Shown in pieces: positions 37,520 to 50,525 of a stretch of 64,000 nt of DNA; the stretch's first letter is position 1; every line of letters starts with the position of its first letter. The stretch lies in contig CM114271.1 of the NCBI GenBank assembly GCA_050084515.1, forward strand, positions 31,000,001-31,064,000, read 5' to 3'. The notes beneath the pieces are model-generated. The model searched no databases. It saw nothing but the letters and a program-made list of their open reading frames with translations, and had not been told where the DNA came from. The position numbers and the translations under genes are program-made. This DNA comes from Blasia pusilla. Lineage: Eukaryota.

Positions 37520-39700
37520 TAAGTGAAAACACTTCGCTTACTTCGGATCTTAGATACAATATCGGACCGACTAAAAAAACGGGCTTCCAGTCACCGCCAC
37601 CCTACAAAGCAGAGGCTTGCTCGTGTTGAGCAATTGCGACACGACATCTCATTAACCAGCATACAAGCGAAAAGGTTTGGGAGATTGTTTCCTGCCCGTA
37701 CCATGTCTCACCAGGCAACATACGAGTGGTCAGATGTTAGAGTTGGTCTCTTCTGAGGGACGACGTGCTAGTAAAGAGAAAAGGCGGCAGAGATGAAAGC
37801 AAAGTGTCACCCTTCTTCTCTCTCTTTCTTTCTTCTTCACTTTTCTTTTTTTCTTTCTTTATTTACTAATGATACACATCTTTTAGAAAGAAACCATCTC
37901 CACTACCTTTCGCCATTATTTGTACTATATGACTCTTCAGGACAACTATGTCAACATACCGTGGTTTTATGGGGAGCATGATCTCTCATGATCTCGGGTG
38001 TAGCGTTTATTGCTTTGTGGGAAGTGGGATTCAAAAGCCAGAATTTATTTGAATGCCGGCTAGTTGTGCTTGGAATTCAGCGTTGCAATCCATCATCCTA
38101 TCCGGCCGGGAAAAGAAATAATTACTTGGTAAGTACGATTCGGCCATGAGCGCGAAATAATAAACCCGAAAAGTATCGGGGCTCGAGTACTGGTACGATC
38201 TAGATTTCAGGAAGCGTGATGCAGTATTATTTATGTTCACTTTTAGATTTCCATTGGGAGTCCAATAGATCCATAAAAGACCAAAGAGACCACATCATGC
38301 TGAAAAGATGTCATAACCTTCATCCATGTCTGAAATGCCATACAGAAAGGATCCAGTTTGAATCTTAGTGTATTCATAATACTTTTCGAGGGGCATACCT
38401 CTGTGCTCAATCGTCACGTCTCAGGTTCTCGAGTACATTTTTCACACTTTTGATCAGCGGCCGAGTGCCGACTCATCGTTTCTAGCTTCTTGTGCTGAAA
38501 TTGGAGGCTCAGCGCAATAAGCTTCTGAAACGGCCAAGCACGCGTCCGAGTAGATTGGACCCAAAGCAACTGTTTAATAACCCAAAGTGGCCAATTCTAA
38601 CGAGGCGTATATGCAGAGTAAAAGACGATTTTCAAGAGAATCCATAAACATGAAGACCTCCAGTGGAAGAAAGTTAACTTACTTTAGATTTTCGATACAA
38701 TATCGGACCGAATATCAGAACAGGGCACCTGTCGTCGCTACTCTACAAAGTAGTAGCTTGCGCGTGTTCAGCACTTGACACACGATGTTTCATTATACAG
38801 TATGCACATGAAAAGGTATTGTAGGTGGCCTCCTGCCACACGATGGCTCACTAAGCAACATACGAGTGAAAAGGTATCGGAGATGGCTTTTTGCTTGCTG
38901 CACGACGTGCTAGTAAAGAGAGAAGTAAGCATGGATAAAAGAAAAGCGACACTGTCATGAACGAAAAGCTGTAGTGGATAGTTTCTCACCACACGATGTC
39001 CGAGCAAGGCTCACAGTTTCACAGTCACTTTGTTCCCGTTTAGATTGCTTTAATGAGATACATTGTGTACTAATAAACCATCCCCCACACCTTTCCGCTC
39101 ATTTTGTGCTCAGAGCTCGGCATTGCAATCCATTTCCCCACGTCGATCGGGAAAGGAAACTCTCATGTGATACGGACAAATCGGCCATAAGCGCAAAAGA
39201 ACATACTAGAAAAGTGTTGAGGATCAAGGAGTAGCATGATCCAGATTTTGTGAAGTTTGATGCAGAATTATGTGCACTCACTGTGTCTGAATTTATTTGA
39301 ATCCCTAAGCATTTTCCTTAGGGATTCAAATAAATTCAGACGAGACCACACAGTCAGCGTCACCCTTAAGAGATGTTCTAACCCTGTGATGCAGAGAGGA
39401 TCGAGCTTGAATCTCATTCTATCCATCACAATTCGCTGTATTGTGTGACATACATAGTTCTCTGCTCAATCCTCTCGTCCCAGATAATCGATTATTTACT
39501 CAGAACTGTGACCAGCTGCCGGTGCATTGCGTCTTTTTTCTCGTGTTGGAACTTCATATGTGAGGTTCACCCAAGCGAACTTCCGGAAAGGACGGGCAAA
39601 GAACCCGTTCAATAACCGAAGGTATCCGATCCTAACGAAGCGTACTTGCTGAGGAAAACCATTTTCTCAAGAGTTCAAGAGAATTCGTTGGATACGGAAG
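37520..39700. repeat. Old diverged tandem duplication, ~1.05-1.15 kb unit
   Basis: Colinear shared blocks: GATACAATATCGGACCGA (~37553/38694), CGACGTGCTAGTAAAGAG (~37761/38903), TCGGCCAT..GCGC (~38140/39181), CTAACGA.GCGTA (~38597/39632). Confidence 0.75.
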
Positions 39701-40169
39701 CTCCAGAAGTCAAACGAAAGATATCTGTATCAGTTATCCTCAATGGGAACCTGCAGTTGACACCAATGACAGATTTGAACTCCTGCATTTTCAAATCGTA
39801 GCACACACTAGATTTCAACCATCTCTTCAACTCTGGAAATAAAAGCAAGCTCAGCCCTGAATTCCAGCATGGAACATAGCTCAATATCTTTAGCATAGAA
39901 CATAGCTTAATATCTTTGTTCCTCAAAAACAAATCAATCACTCCCATTTTCTTGACGGTATCACAATTAGGGAGCATTTTGTAAGTTCATGAATTCGCAG
40001 CTAGCAAACAACTCTCAAACTTGGACAGTTCTCACGCGCACAGTACTCGTAACAAACCTACGAGACTATTTCTAATTCACAAATTAGACACTCCTCTTTG
40101 CCTCTCGCCAACTTCCGTCACCCTAGCCTTCTAGCCTGCCATTATTTGCGGTTTGTCTCCACTTCGTAA

Positions 40170-43100
40170 CCCCCAGGTGCATGAAAGATGTGGAAGAAGG
40201 AGACTTTTGCATCATAGATAAGACCCAAGGTGCATGAGTGGGTTAAGGAAGGGTAAAGAAGTGTACGCTTTGGTATTAAAACTAGCGGTTCCACCATCTC
40301 AGATTTATCAATCAGATTACTTGATGAGCACGGGTTTTTATTGGAAGATTTTTGTAGGTGCTTACCTCTTGGACAAGAACCATTTTTCTTTCCTAGTCAA
40401 GTAGAGCAAGTCTTCTTTGCAGATGTGGAAGAAAATCCACGACGGAAAATCATGCTCCAAAACTAAGCTCGAGGTAGAAGAGTGGTTTGTGGTGGTCTTG
40501 ACCAGGATTCTTATGATCACCTTGATTTATTTGGATTTAGACCTCACGCAAATATAGATATAGAAAATGTGGAAGTATCTTTAGTGGGGGCTACTACTCT
40601 TACAATTACATGAAGTGTTGTGGCTTCAAAAACATCTCAATATGTTTCTATAGAAGACACAACCATCAATTTAGATTCAGATATGATATCTGAAGACTCC
40701 TCTGACGACTAAGCCACTAATGATTCATACTTCCAAAGCCAAGCCTATCAAGTGACTTGGATCATCCTACTACTTAAGGAGGTGTTCTTGCGTTGGTTAT
40801 TTTGGTAGTTTCATGGAAAGAGAATGGTAGACTATTGCATTCTTATATATTTTTGATCTAAAGCAAATGTGATATGAATAAATCTGGTGATACTAAGTGG
40901 GCTCAAAGTAGAAGATGTTGCTTGCACTTGTACTACCATGCATTCTCGTAGACTCTTACGCCTTCTGACAGTCTTCCCATGATCATAATTGGCTACTTGT
41001 AATGGTTTTACAATCATCCATGATAGTGTAAAACCATTCGAGGACTACCTTCAACTCCACTTTAGTGAATGCTACCAAGGGAATTGTATGTCTAAAAATT
41101 TGGAATATATGTGGTACTATCAGCGAAGATGGTCCTAAAGGTGAGGACCTTGAGTATTTTTGTGCTAGGGAGAAACGTTGCAAACTTGTGAGGGAAAGAA
41201 CATTAGAACTCACCAAAGAGTTTCGGTTAGTGGTATAGCTTATAAATTGATGAACTTATGCAGTATGATCAATTGAGCTTCTTCATTTGCTAAATTTTAA
41301 TGGTATGCATCTACTACTCTATTAGTAACCCTTTTATATATGTTCTCATTTGGTTTGTTGTATGATTTATCGCAATTAGGAATATTAGATGCACGGTCCA
41401 ATCAAAACTTGATGGGCATATCGTGGCGCTTCAGAAAATTCTCATAGTTTCCTAATTTACAATAGATGATTTTTTTCTATAGTGGAATGATTTGGTACTT
41501 CCAATTAAAGAGAGGAATGTATGCACAATGACCTCAATTTTTTTCTTAAAATTTCAATACTAACCTTTGTACCAACAAGCATGTTTCACATTGTTTACAG
41601 GGAAGCAAACCCAAGTCTAGCTCCCAAAAGGCACATTCCAAGATATTTGAGTAGCGAGGGAGCAGGATCCTAAATCCCTTCTAAGAAACACCACACTCGA
41701 AAATGTTGTCAAGAGGAGACCGTGGATGCATATGAATCAATTGATAGATCAAGAGATTATTCAAATGAGCTATTTGAATCAGATGGTGAGTTTGATGTGA
41801 CATTGAAGAAGGAATCCTTTGAGTCTCCATCAGAGAACCCACCCACTATAGATAAATCACCAACCATAGTGTGCCATCACCACATCACTCCAAGAAGTGA
41901 GCCAAATTGAATAGACAAAAGGTGATGTTCTAATCAGGTATTAATCTTCATTGAGTGGAAGTGTTTGATAGTATGATATTGGGATTTCTCTTTTATGGAA
42001 TGATAGAATGCCTTATGCAACTATCACTTATTTCATTTTGTGATAGCTAACACCTTATGATGTGAGCAAGATGTGCGATTTGCAGTTGGAGGTGTTTCCT
42101 GGCGCATGCCACAAGCCAACCAATTGTCCTTACCTTCTTTTTATTTACAAGGTTTCCACAATGGCCTGTCCCGCCACGTATGTTCCCATTTAATTTTTTT
42201 CTTTCGATGATAATGATATTTAGAGTAATTTAGAGATTAAAGACTTATAACAATATGTATGGTTCCACGTAATAGAAGTTTAATTACATCTATATTATTA
42301 TGGGAGAGTGCCTTCTTGATTTACAAACACCTTTCTGCTTGACACGTGGCAACTTGGCAGCAAGAAAATGTTTCACATGCTACAGGTAGCAAGAAAATAA
42401 TTGAATTTAAGTGCAACATCATTAATCTTCTCCCTTCATGGGCTATACACTAGCTCTTCAAACACTTTTTTATTTCCCTTGCATCGCACGGGCACCTATC
42501 TATATTATTATGGGAGAGTGCCTTCTTGATTTGCAAATACCTATCTGCATGACACGTGACAATTGGACAAAAATAAAATGTTTCACATTCTACGGGCAGC
42601 AAGAAAAAAATTTGAATTTTTGTGCAACATCATTAACCTCTTCCCTTCACGCGCTCTACTCTAACTCTTCAAGCTCTTTTTTATTTCCCGTATATCGCAC
42701 GAGCAACTTACTAGTTTGTTTTGGTTTAGTAATATATTTCATTGGCAATGGGCCTTGGATCCTACTATCCATCTAATCCTTAGTATGAAATGATGCCCAC
42801 TCATGGTATCTCTAATCCATCACAAGGGTCCCCCACTATAGGAAACAGTGAAAAGTCTCCTAGACGCCATCCTAGAGTTCCTACACCTCCTAGTAGTAAG
42901 TCTCATTTACCAGAGAAGCTACAACTTGAACTAGTAAACATGCAAATCTATAGTTTGTTGTAATTGGTATGTCCATAAGTTGATTAGGGTCCATAAAATT
43001 GTTCCCTCTGAATTGGTGATGATGTTACATCAAGCTCTAAAGCTCAACACCATTGACGAGAAAGCCTTGAGGAATGGAAGACAAGTACAAAATCCCTTAT

Positions 43101-46100
43101 CGAGAGAGGTTTAAAACCAAGAGTTGAAGTTACATAATCATGTGAAATTTTATCTTGTTGTGTTGGAAAAACAGCATGGCATGATGAATTGAAGGTTTGT
43201 GCCCTTTGCTATATGGACCTTAGTTCACTTGATGTGGCTAAGCAATCTCAGTTTGACATCCGAACTGTATGAAGGAAGATGAATGAAGGATGGGAGTATG
43301 TTGGGAATGAGCCAAGTGATCGAATTTTTAAATTGACCTTGGCAAATAGCATGAAGAGAGAGAGAGAGCATGCTTAAAGAAACTTTTCAATACTTCAATG
43401 CTTAGCAATTCAGGACTACCCAAAATCTCTAGATGTGCTTCCAAAAATAGTTACTTTGGAGGCCCTCAAAACGTATTAGCTCTCACCACAGGGAAAGGAA
43501 AAAGCAAAAAGGATGAAGATGAATAGAGGAAAAGTTGAGCACCGAAATAGAACGGATCGAAGTGGTCACAAAGGAGTGAAACTCTCCTTGGTATGTAATT
43601 AGTTATGTTTTTATGGCTTTTATTCTAAATATTCAGTGAAGTTTGATGCATATACAATGTAAGTGGTAAACTCCTCTCTAACATTATCTCTTCTTTAGTA
43701 GATGGATCCTTCAATGATTTTATTCAATATTCAGTGAAGTTTGAGAGCAACCTCATGTTGGTCATGAGATTGATTCATGTATTTGTGGTGATTGGTAATA
43801 ATTTTGCAAACAAAAGAAAAAGGTGAAAGCCCCTCATAACATGACTTGGGAGAATCACTAGGGGTGTTCTATATTTTCATAGATTCAGTATGTGTTCTAA
43901 GTTTTAATTGATTCTCAAACTCTGATCTCTTAACTTCATCTGCATGAGTTTATCATGTCTTAACTCCATCACAAAGTCACTAAGCTTTCTTTAAATAAAA
44001 CATGTGTCATTGTGTAAGGCTCTGGCTCTTCTTTGACACATCACCTCGAAAATGTGGAGAAGGAGGCAGAGTCTACAAAGAGTGAGCTCAAAGCTATAAG
44101 GGAGACCTTGAATCTAATTCAAGAGATTGTTTTCAAGTTCACCAGCGAAGTATCCAAACACAATCTGACTTGCTCTACTCCTCCCTTGAATCTACATCTT
44201 ACGGAGGTTCCAACAACATAAGTTATGGATGTAGAGGTCATTGATGCAAATATGTTTCCAACACCTCGAACACTTCCATCCAAATCTGTTTGTGTGTCTT
44301 CTAGTATAGAACATCATATTGCTACTAGGGAGGTATCTACATCCTTGCAACATGTAGTGAAGGCAAATGAGCCAATCTCAGGATGTGATGCACAAGTTTA
44401 GTTGGCAGAGCATGATATGAAACGAGACATCCGACCAAAGCAAGTCATTCTAAAGAAGAGAAAGGAATCTTGTATAGAGAAGAAAGAGAAGATGGTTGTA
44501 AGTAGGCCTTTCTTGGAATGTTATTCCTTTTTTTGTCTTCTTGCTCCAACTATTTTCCATGTTTATATCACACTCACTTTAGATTAGAGATAGCTCATGT
44601 CTTGACCATGTGCATGTATTAATTATAGACAAGCCAAGCACATCTGATATTTTCTTCCAACATTCCTAAAAATGGTTGGATCATTTTAAAGGTAAACTAT
44701 ATGGTTTATATAGTCATGTACTTGACTTCCTTATATGTCTATTAACTATCACCATGTATATTTATCCAAAGTAGATACTGAGCTTTATTAATGTGTTTTT
44801 TGTTGTACTTTTATCAACTTGTAGTAGGTGACTATGTCTGGATGAAGCAAAACAAGAACATTCGCCAACGAGTGCTATCAGGAGAAGGATTGGTATCATG
44901 TCTTGCAAGTCGAGATAAGATCCATGGGAAGGAGATCCCATTTGGATGTCTGAGACTTGATAGGAAGGTAATTCTCAAGGGTCAAGCACAGTTACCATAT
45001 CCGAATCATGATGATGACCCTCTGCAATTGTTTTTGAAAGAATTAGTTGGGTGTCAGATCTTATGGCTAGAGAGATTGATTAAGAAAGATATTCCATTGG
45101 AATAGGTTATGGTAGGCTCTTAAGAGAATCATAGACATACATTTTTTATGTCAATATGGACATTTGCTGGAGACATAGAGTTTGTAGACCTGTTGGCACT
45201 ATAATAGAAATGTAATGCCACTATCAAGTGCCACTAGAAACTTACATTCTTTTGTTGAATTAGGAGTTCCTAAATTTTTTGGGCAATTGGCTATTTTTTC
45301 AGACTCAAAGTTTAAGCCTTGCCAACTATATGCCTTCTTAAACAATGTCCTCATTTGAGTTTCAGTAATAACAAGCAAACTAATTTGCACCTTATATTTG
45401 GTAATCATCCTGGTCTCAATTCTTGGACATTTTATCTTTTCAGTTCTCATTAATACAATGCATCCTGCATTGCACTAAAAATCATACAAGTCTAGAAAAG
45501 TGGATTCTCTCTATTCTATCTACTGCATGTACCTAGATGTGTTACAACAACTAGACTATATCATGGAACTATCCTAGTATTACTAAAGCAAGATTCATGC
45601 TTGGTATAAATGAATTTGTAATGCATTCTACTTTCTAAACTAAAAAATACAAAGCATGACAACCAGAAATTTTAAAAAAATAGACGGTTTCAGGACATTT
45701 CACACGCACACAAAATAAAAAAAAAAACCCAAGATAGTGCTAAAAATTACCATGGATAATTGTCCCAGTGGTTTTAGTACAAGATTCAACACTAAAAATT
45801 ATTTTATTATTATTATGAAAATATGAAGTGATACTCTAGATTAACAACATATAGTGCTACAAATGCCACTATACTTAGTTGCGGTGTACTATCGTTACTT
45901 TAAAAAAAAAAACTTCACCACCTCGATGGGTACTGTACATGACACGTATATGCAAATGATGGGATAAACCCGATCTTCAAATACTACATTTAGTGCAGAT
46001 TCTCAAATTTGATAATAAAAAGAATGCAATTGGTCCACATATCATCATCATACAAGATTTTAATATTTGCAATGACCAGATCTAGTTAAATATAGAATGA

Positions 46101-46369
46101 TATTGACATGAGCCATGTCAATCAAGCCATAATAATATGTCACATATAGTAAGGGTGACAAGGCAAATTAACTTGACCTTAAAGACTACACAAAACCATT
46201 TTAGTCAATCGCCATGTCATCAAGCCATCGTGGAGTCCTTGCCATTGGAGTTCTATATGACTCGTCCTTTGCAATCAATTACTAAACTAGTTGCAACAGT
46301 TCTATACTATACACATGCACTAAAACTACTTGTATATTTTAGTGGCAATGGACATGTTTCCTTCTAGTG
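40170..46369 (+). mobile_element. 5'-truncated degenerate CACTA (En/Spm) transposon
   Basis: DEHGFLL...QEPFFFPSQVEQVFFADVEE (DUF4216-like transposase C-terminus) at ~40323-40480; Tnp1/En/Spm-like domain in ORF 44791..45105 (KIHGKEIPFGC...LPYP...LVGCQILW); 3' terminus TTTCCTTCTAGTG ending at 46369. Confidence 0.75.
42289..42714 (+). mobile_element. Non-autonomous Helitron, head-to-tail dimer of a ~210-bp unit
   Basis: A|TC start; subterminal hairpin of CCCGT..ATCGCACG(G/A)G type in each unit; CTAG|T end; second unit starts at 42499. Confidence 0.85.
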
Positions 46370-47042
46370 TGCATGGACGTTACATAAACCGAACGAGTTA
46401 TGTGTTTACGCGTGATTCTTATTAGTTATGACTCAGTCATATTCATCATGTAAGTTGTCTAAATGATTAAGTCCTAAAGTATGACTAAGTCATATTGATC
46501 TCTATGATTTGGTTATATGACTGATTATGATTGAGTCATAACAGAGTACGTGGGTGCGTAGAGTTTGAGCACGAAGAAAAGGTCCATTTAAAAAAAAAAT
46601 ACATGAGAGGCCTTAACATATGGGCGCAATAGACTCATCATATTGTTCACTCACCATGAATACTAGTACAATCCTATAGATGGCAAGTAGCAAAGAAACT
46701 ATAATGAACAACGAGCCAAACAAATCCAAGATGCTCAAAAATCTAGTTCTTAAAACACTTGGCATAGTGTGGCTCAAGGTGCATATGATAGATAAAAATA
46801 GAAGATTAGAACAAAAAATATAATGGAAAGTAGTTGCAATGAAGCACTTGACGTCCCCTACCCTCAAATTGGGGCTATCAATGACGTAACTCTAGTGGAT
46901 GTAAAGCAAAACTTGGTAGAGTGCTAAGCATACGCTTGCTTAGAATAATCTTTGCTGGATGCATAGTGAATTGTAACAGAATTCGACAAGCAAGATATTG
47001 TTTGGTAGGTGAGATTGTCTGACGGAATGGATTCAATCCTGT

Positions 47043-47975
47043 TGCAACCTGTCTGAGTCCGACGGGTTGCAAATTTTGGGACTTAAATACATGGGTTGCG
47101 AAGCCACGGAGTACCATCTTCTGTAAGAGTCCGAGTGCAACTTACAACCCGTCAGAGTCCGTTGGGTTGGTACCCCCTGTCTGTCTGACCTGCGTGATTG
47201 GAGTCAAGATTTGCTAACATCGAGACACGAGATATCGCATGGATTTGCTACGGCAACCCGTTGGGGATTGCGACGGGTTCAAAAAGCACCTAACCTCGCT
47301 TTCCCTTTTGGATCTCGCGTCGATTTCTCTTGTCCAATGAACTGTGCAAACCAAAAGTGCAGATTTTCCGGATGGTGGGAAGTGTCTTACCCAGGGTAGA
47401 GCTTGTAACCCGTCGGAGGGTAACTGCTTGCCTTGGGACTATGCTTTGTCGCATTGTTACCCGAGGATGAGGAAAGCGTGCAATGCGGCGGTCTCCAAGG
47501 GGTTGCCCGGGTACCTTACCTTTTACCCCAATATGAGGGAAGTGTGCAACCCGTTGGTCTCCGACGGGTTGCGCGGGTACCTCGCCTTGTTACTCCAAGA
47601 TGGAGGAAGCGTGCAACCCGTCGACCTCCGACAGATTGCACGGATACCTCGCCTTACTACTCCAAGACCGGGGAAGTGTGCAACCCGTCGGTCTCCGACG
47701 GGTTGCACAAGTACCTCACGTTGTTACCCCAAGATCGGGGAAACATGCAACTCGTCGGTCTCCGACGGGTTGCTTGGGTACCTTGCCTTGTTACCCGAGG
47801 ACGAGGGATCTGTGCAAGTTGTCAATCTCCGACGGGTTGCTTGGGTACCTCGTCTTGTTACCCGAGGACGAGGGATCTGTGCAAGTCGTCGGTCTCCAAC
47901 AGGTTGCCTCGGTAACTCGCCCTGCATCCCCAAGACCACGGAAGTGTGCAACCAGTCGGAGACAGACGGGTTGCC
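47043..47975. repeat. Array of palindromes GCAACCCGTCGG-NNN-CCGACGGGTTGC; ~67-bp tandem unit over 47400-47975
   Basis: Copies at ~47479, 47544, 47612, 47678, 47746, 47814, 47880 and 47947, plus looser copies at 47043, 47146, 47252 and 47405. Confidence 0.9.
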
Positions 47976-49069
47976 CGGGTTCCCACGTACAAAGATCCAT
48001 AACGGCCTACACATTGCCGTTGGTACGACCCAACGGTCAGCTCAACGGCTCGAAAAGTGTAAAAGGCTGAGGTTTGATCATTTCCATTTTTCATTTCGCG
48101 ATTTCATGTGCTCTTCCTCGCAGCAGCTGACGTTACCTTTCCGCTGCCAAACTGGGTTGCATCACCACTTTGCTAAAAGATTACAACGATCCAGCAACCG
48201 ACGCTTCCGGGTTTGGATTTCGGCAAGCCCATCCGCTGGAGGGTCACGGCGCTTCATCACGAAGCGCTTCGAGGGATCTATCGTGCACAGGAGCATATTA
48301 GACAGTCGAGGAGGAAGAACTAACCCAACGTGCACCATGACAAGAAAGAAAACACAAGCAACCAAGGTAGTGAGCATCACTCCCAAGTCCATCAGGACTC
48401 CTGCGTCACCATCTCTAGCTCCTCGTTCGGCGAATGAGATAAGGCAACAATAAATAGAGGAGCGGGAAAGGGAAGCAGATATGCATAGGCAGGAGGTTCT
48501 AGCAAAACGTGTTTTGGAGGAGCTCACTAAGATAAACGCCAAGGTTGAGGCATCGAAGGCCTTCAAGAAAAGAGTCGCGGATGAGAACCGCGAGAAGAAG
48601 CATCTTGATGCCTCTGTGAGGAGAGCATAATAGGCAAAAGCTTGAAGAGAAAAAGCAATCGCCATTGAAGAAAGCCATGTCCGTCCAACAAAGAGTGTTG
48701 AGATGCGGGAAATGTCTCCGATGAGGTCTGGGAACACCATGAATATAAAATCGGCTGAGGAAACGGCCGAAGTTCAAGTGACGGACGATGAGGTCATGAG
48801 GACAGCAAGTATGGAGATGGTGGACATCTCTGAAGAAGCAAGAAAAGAGTCCTCATCGTCTTTGGGCCCTATGGAAGAAATCAACCTTTATGGGATCGAT
48901 GAGTTTCCCGTGGACTTGCCTAGTGCTGTCCTAGAGCAGTTGGCGGGCCTAGACACCGACCCAATCTTTGAGCGGGTAAGAAAAATTTGAGTTATGTGAA
49001 GGCTCATTATGCAATTCATTGGCAAAACACTGCATGTTATTGATGGAAAAACACCGCATTATGGAGATT

Positions 49070-49660
49070 TTAAGGCAAGGCGGAGCGTAAGGAGGCACCC
49101 TAGCCCTCAAAATTGCAAGCACAACCGAGTTACATAAACAAAGTTGTGAGAGATTTGAGTTTCTGCTCTTCTAGATTTCAGGATTTCAGATCTGAATCTT
49201 GCGGAGACCATATCTTTGAGGTGGAGTGTCATATGAAATTTAGATTTTGAGGCAACGCGGAGAGTGCAAAGGCGCCCTAGCCCTAAAAATTACAAGCACA
49301 AGAAATTTACATAGACGAAGTTGTGAAGGGTTTGAGTTTCTGCTCTTCTAGATTTTAGGATTTAAGATCTAAATCTTGCGGAGGCTATATCTTTGAGGTG
49401 AAGTGTCACATGAAGCTCAGATTTTGAGAAAACGTGGAATATAAAGAGATACCTTAGCTCTCCAAATTTCAAGAAAAATTGAGTTACACAAACGAAGTTG
49501 TGAGGGGTTTGAGTTTTTGCTCTTCTAGATTTGAGGATTTCAGATCTGAATTTTGCGGAGGCCATATCTTTGAGGTGGATTGTCATATGAAGCTGAGATT
49601 TTGAGAGAGCGTAAAATGTCAAGAGGTATCTTATTTCTACATATTTCAACTACAACCAAC
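49070..49660. repeat. 177-bp tandem repeat (~3.3 copies) in the LINE 5' UTR
   Basis: TTGTGA...TTTGAGTTT.TGCTCTTCTAGATTT at ~49144, 49321 and 49498. Confidence 0.9.
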
Positions 49661-49706
49661 TTCTAGAGCAGAAGTTGTGTAGTGTTGGAGATTTGATTAT
49701 ACTTGA

Positions 49707-50483
49707 TTGGAGGTCGTGCAATATCTGGGATATAGTGAAGTCGACTACATGATGACTACTCAAGACGAAATCTTGAATCCAATGCAAGTGTTCTTGCATG
49801 AACTGAAAGAGCTTCGACAAGAATTCAAGGTACAAACTTCTCAAGTAAACCTTGCACATCTTCAAATCCGAGAGTTAAAAGCAACGCAAGAGGTTTTGAA
49901 GAAAGTGTTGAAAGATAGTTCTAGTGTGATGCTGGATCTTTCCAAATTTGTTGCGGATGTTCAAGAGAAGGCATCATCATTAGCGACTACTCCCAATAGT
50001 TCAGGATTGCATGAGGTTTTTGAAACTTTAGAAGTGAAAATGAAATCTTATGTTGAAGCTACAAAGGTTGCTCATATCTCTTTGTGCCAAGGGCAAAAGA
50101 TAGAAAAGGAAAACCAATTTGCCCGTAGAAAGAATGTGAGAATCTCAGGTTTGCCAAAAACAGAGACCAAAAAGGTGAAGAGTGTTGTCACCAAGTTCTT
50201 GGTTGATACACTTCCTGTTCATAACCCGGACTTGGCTCAAGCTTTCCGTATTGGGAAAACGGGAACACAACCTAGTGCCATTCTAGTTAAGTTTGATGAT
50301 CAAACTCAACGTGATACTTCCATGGCTAACAAGGCCATTCTCAAAGGACAAAGGATATGGTTGGATCTTGATCTTACACCTCTACAAGTCAAAGCTAGGA
50401 GAAAGGAGCTTGCAAAGGTCAAAGAGGCTCAAGAAGCAGGTTTTATTGCTTATTTACGCGATGGTCGAGCAATTGTTACCTAG
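49707..50483 (+). CDS. LINE ORF1 (coiled coil plus RRM/CTD-like region)
   Basis: Open 258-aa frame; RRKNVRISGLP, AFRIGK, AILVKF and IWLDLDLTP are typical of LINE ORF1. Confidence 0.8.
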   Translation: MEVVQYLGYSEVDYMMTTQDEILNPMQVFLHELKELRQEFKVQTSQVNLAHLQIRELKATQEVLKKVLKDSSSVMLDLSKFVADVQEKASSLATTPNSSGLHEVFETLEVKMKSYVEATKVAHISLCQGQKIEKENQFARRKNVRISGLPKTETKKVKSVVTKFLVDTLPVHNPDLAQAFRIGKTGTQPSAILVKFDDQTQRDTSMANKAILKGQRIWLDLDLTPLQVKARRKELAKVKEAQEAGFIAYLRDGRAIVT

Positions 50484-50525
50484 AGAAAAACAGAGTTATC
50501 AACCTAGCAATCCAAGAAGCTGAGA

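Noticed and set aside
2007-46369. One giant 44-kb CACTA bounded by CACTAGAAG at 2007 and CTTCTAGTG at 46369, enclosing FUT
   Set aside because: The 3-bp flanks differ (TCT vs TGC) and the ends diverge after ~13 bp; they are more likely two separate elements.
47400-47975. Regularly spaced palindromic repeats resembling a CRISPR array
   Set aside because: The intervening 'spacers' are themselves repeated, there are no cas genes and the context is eukaryotic; this is a tandem repeat.
47344-48453. 369-aa ORF (and overlapping ORFs) as a real protein
   Set aside because: It is mostly translation of the 67-bp repeat in shifting frames. Only the part from ATG 48337 looks coding.
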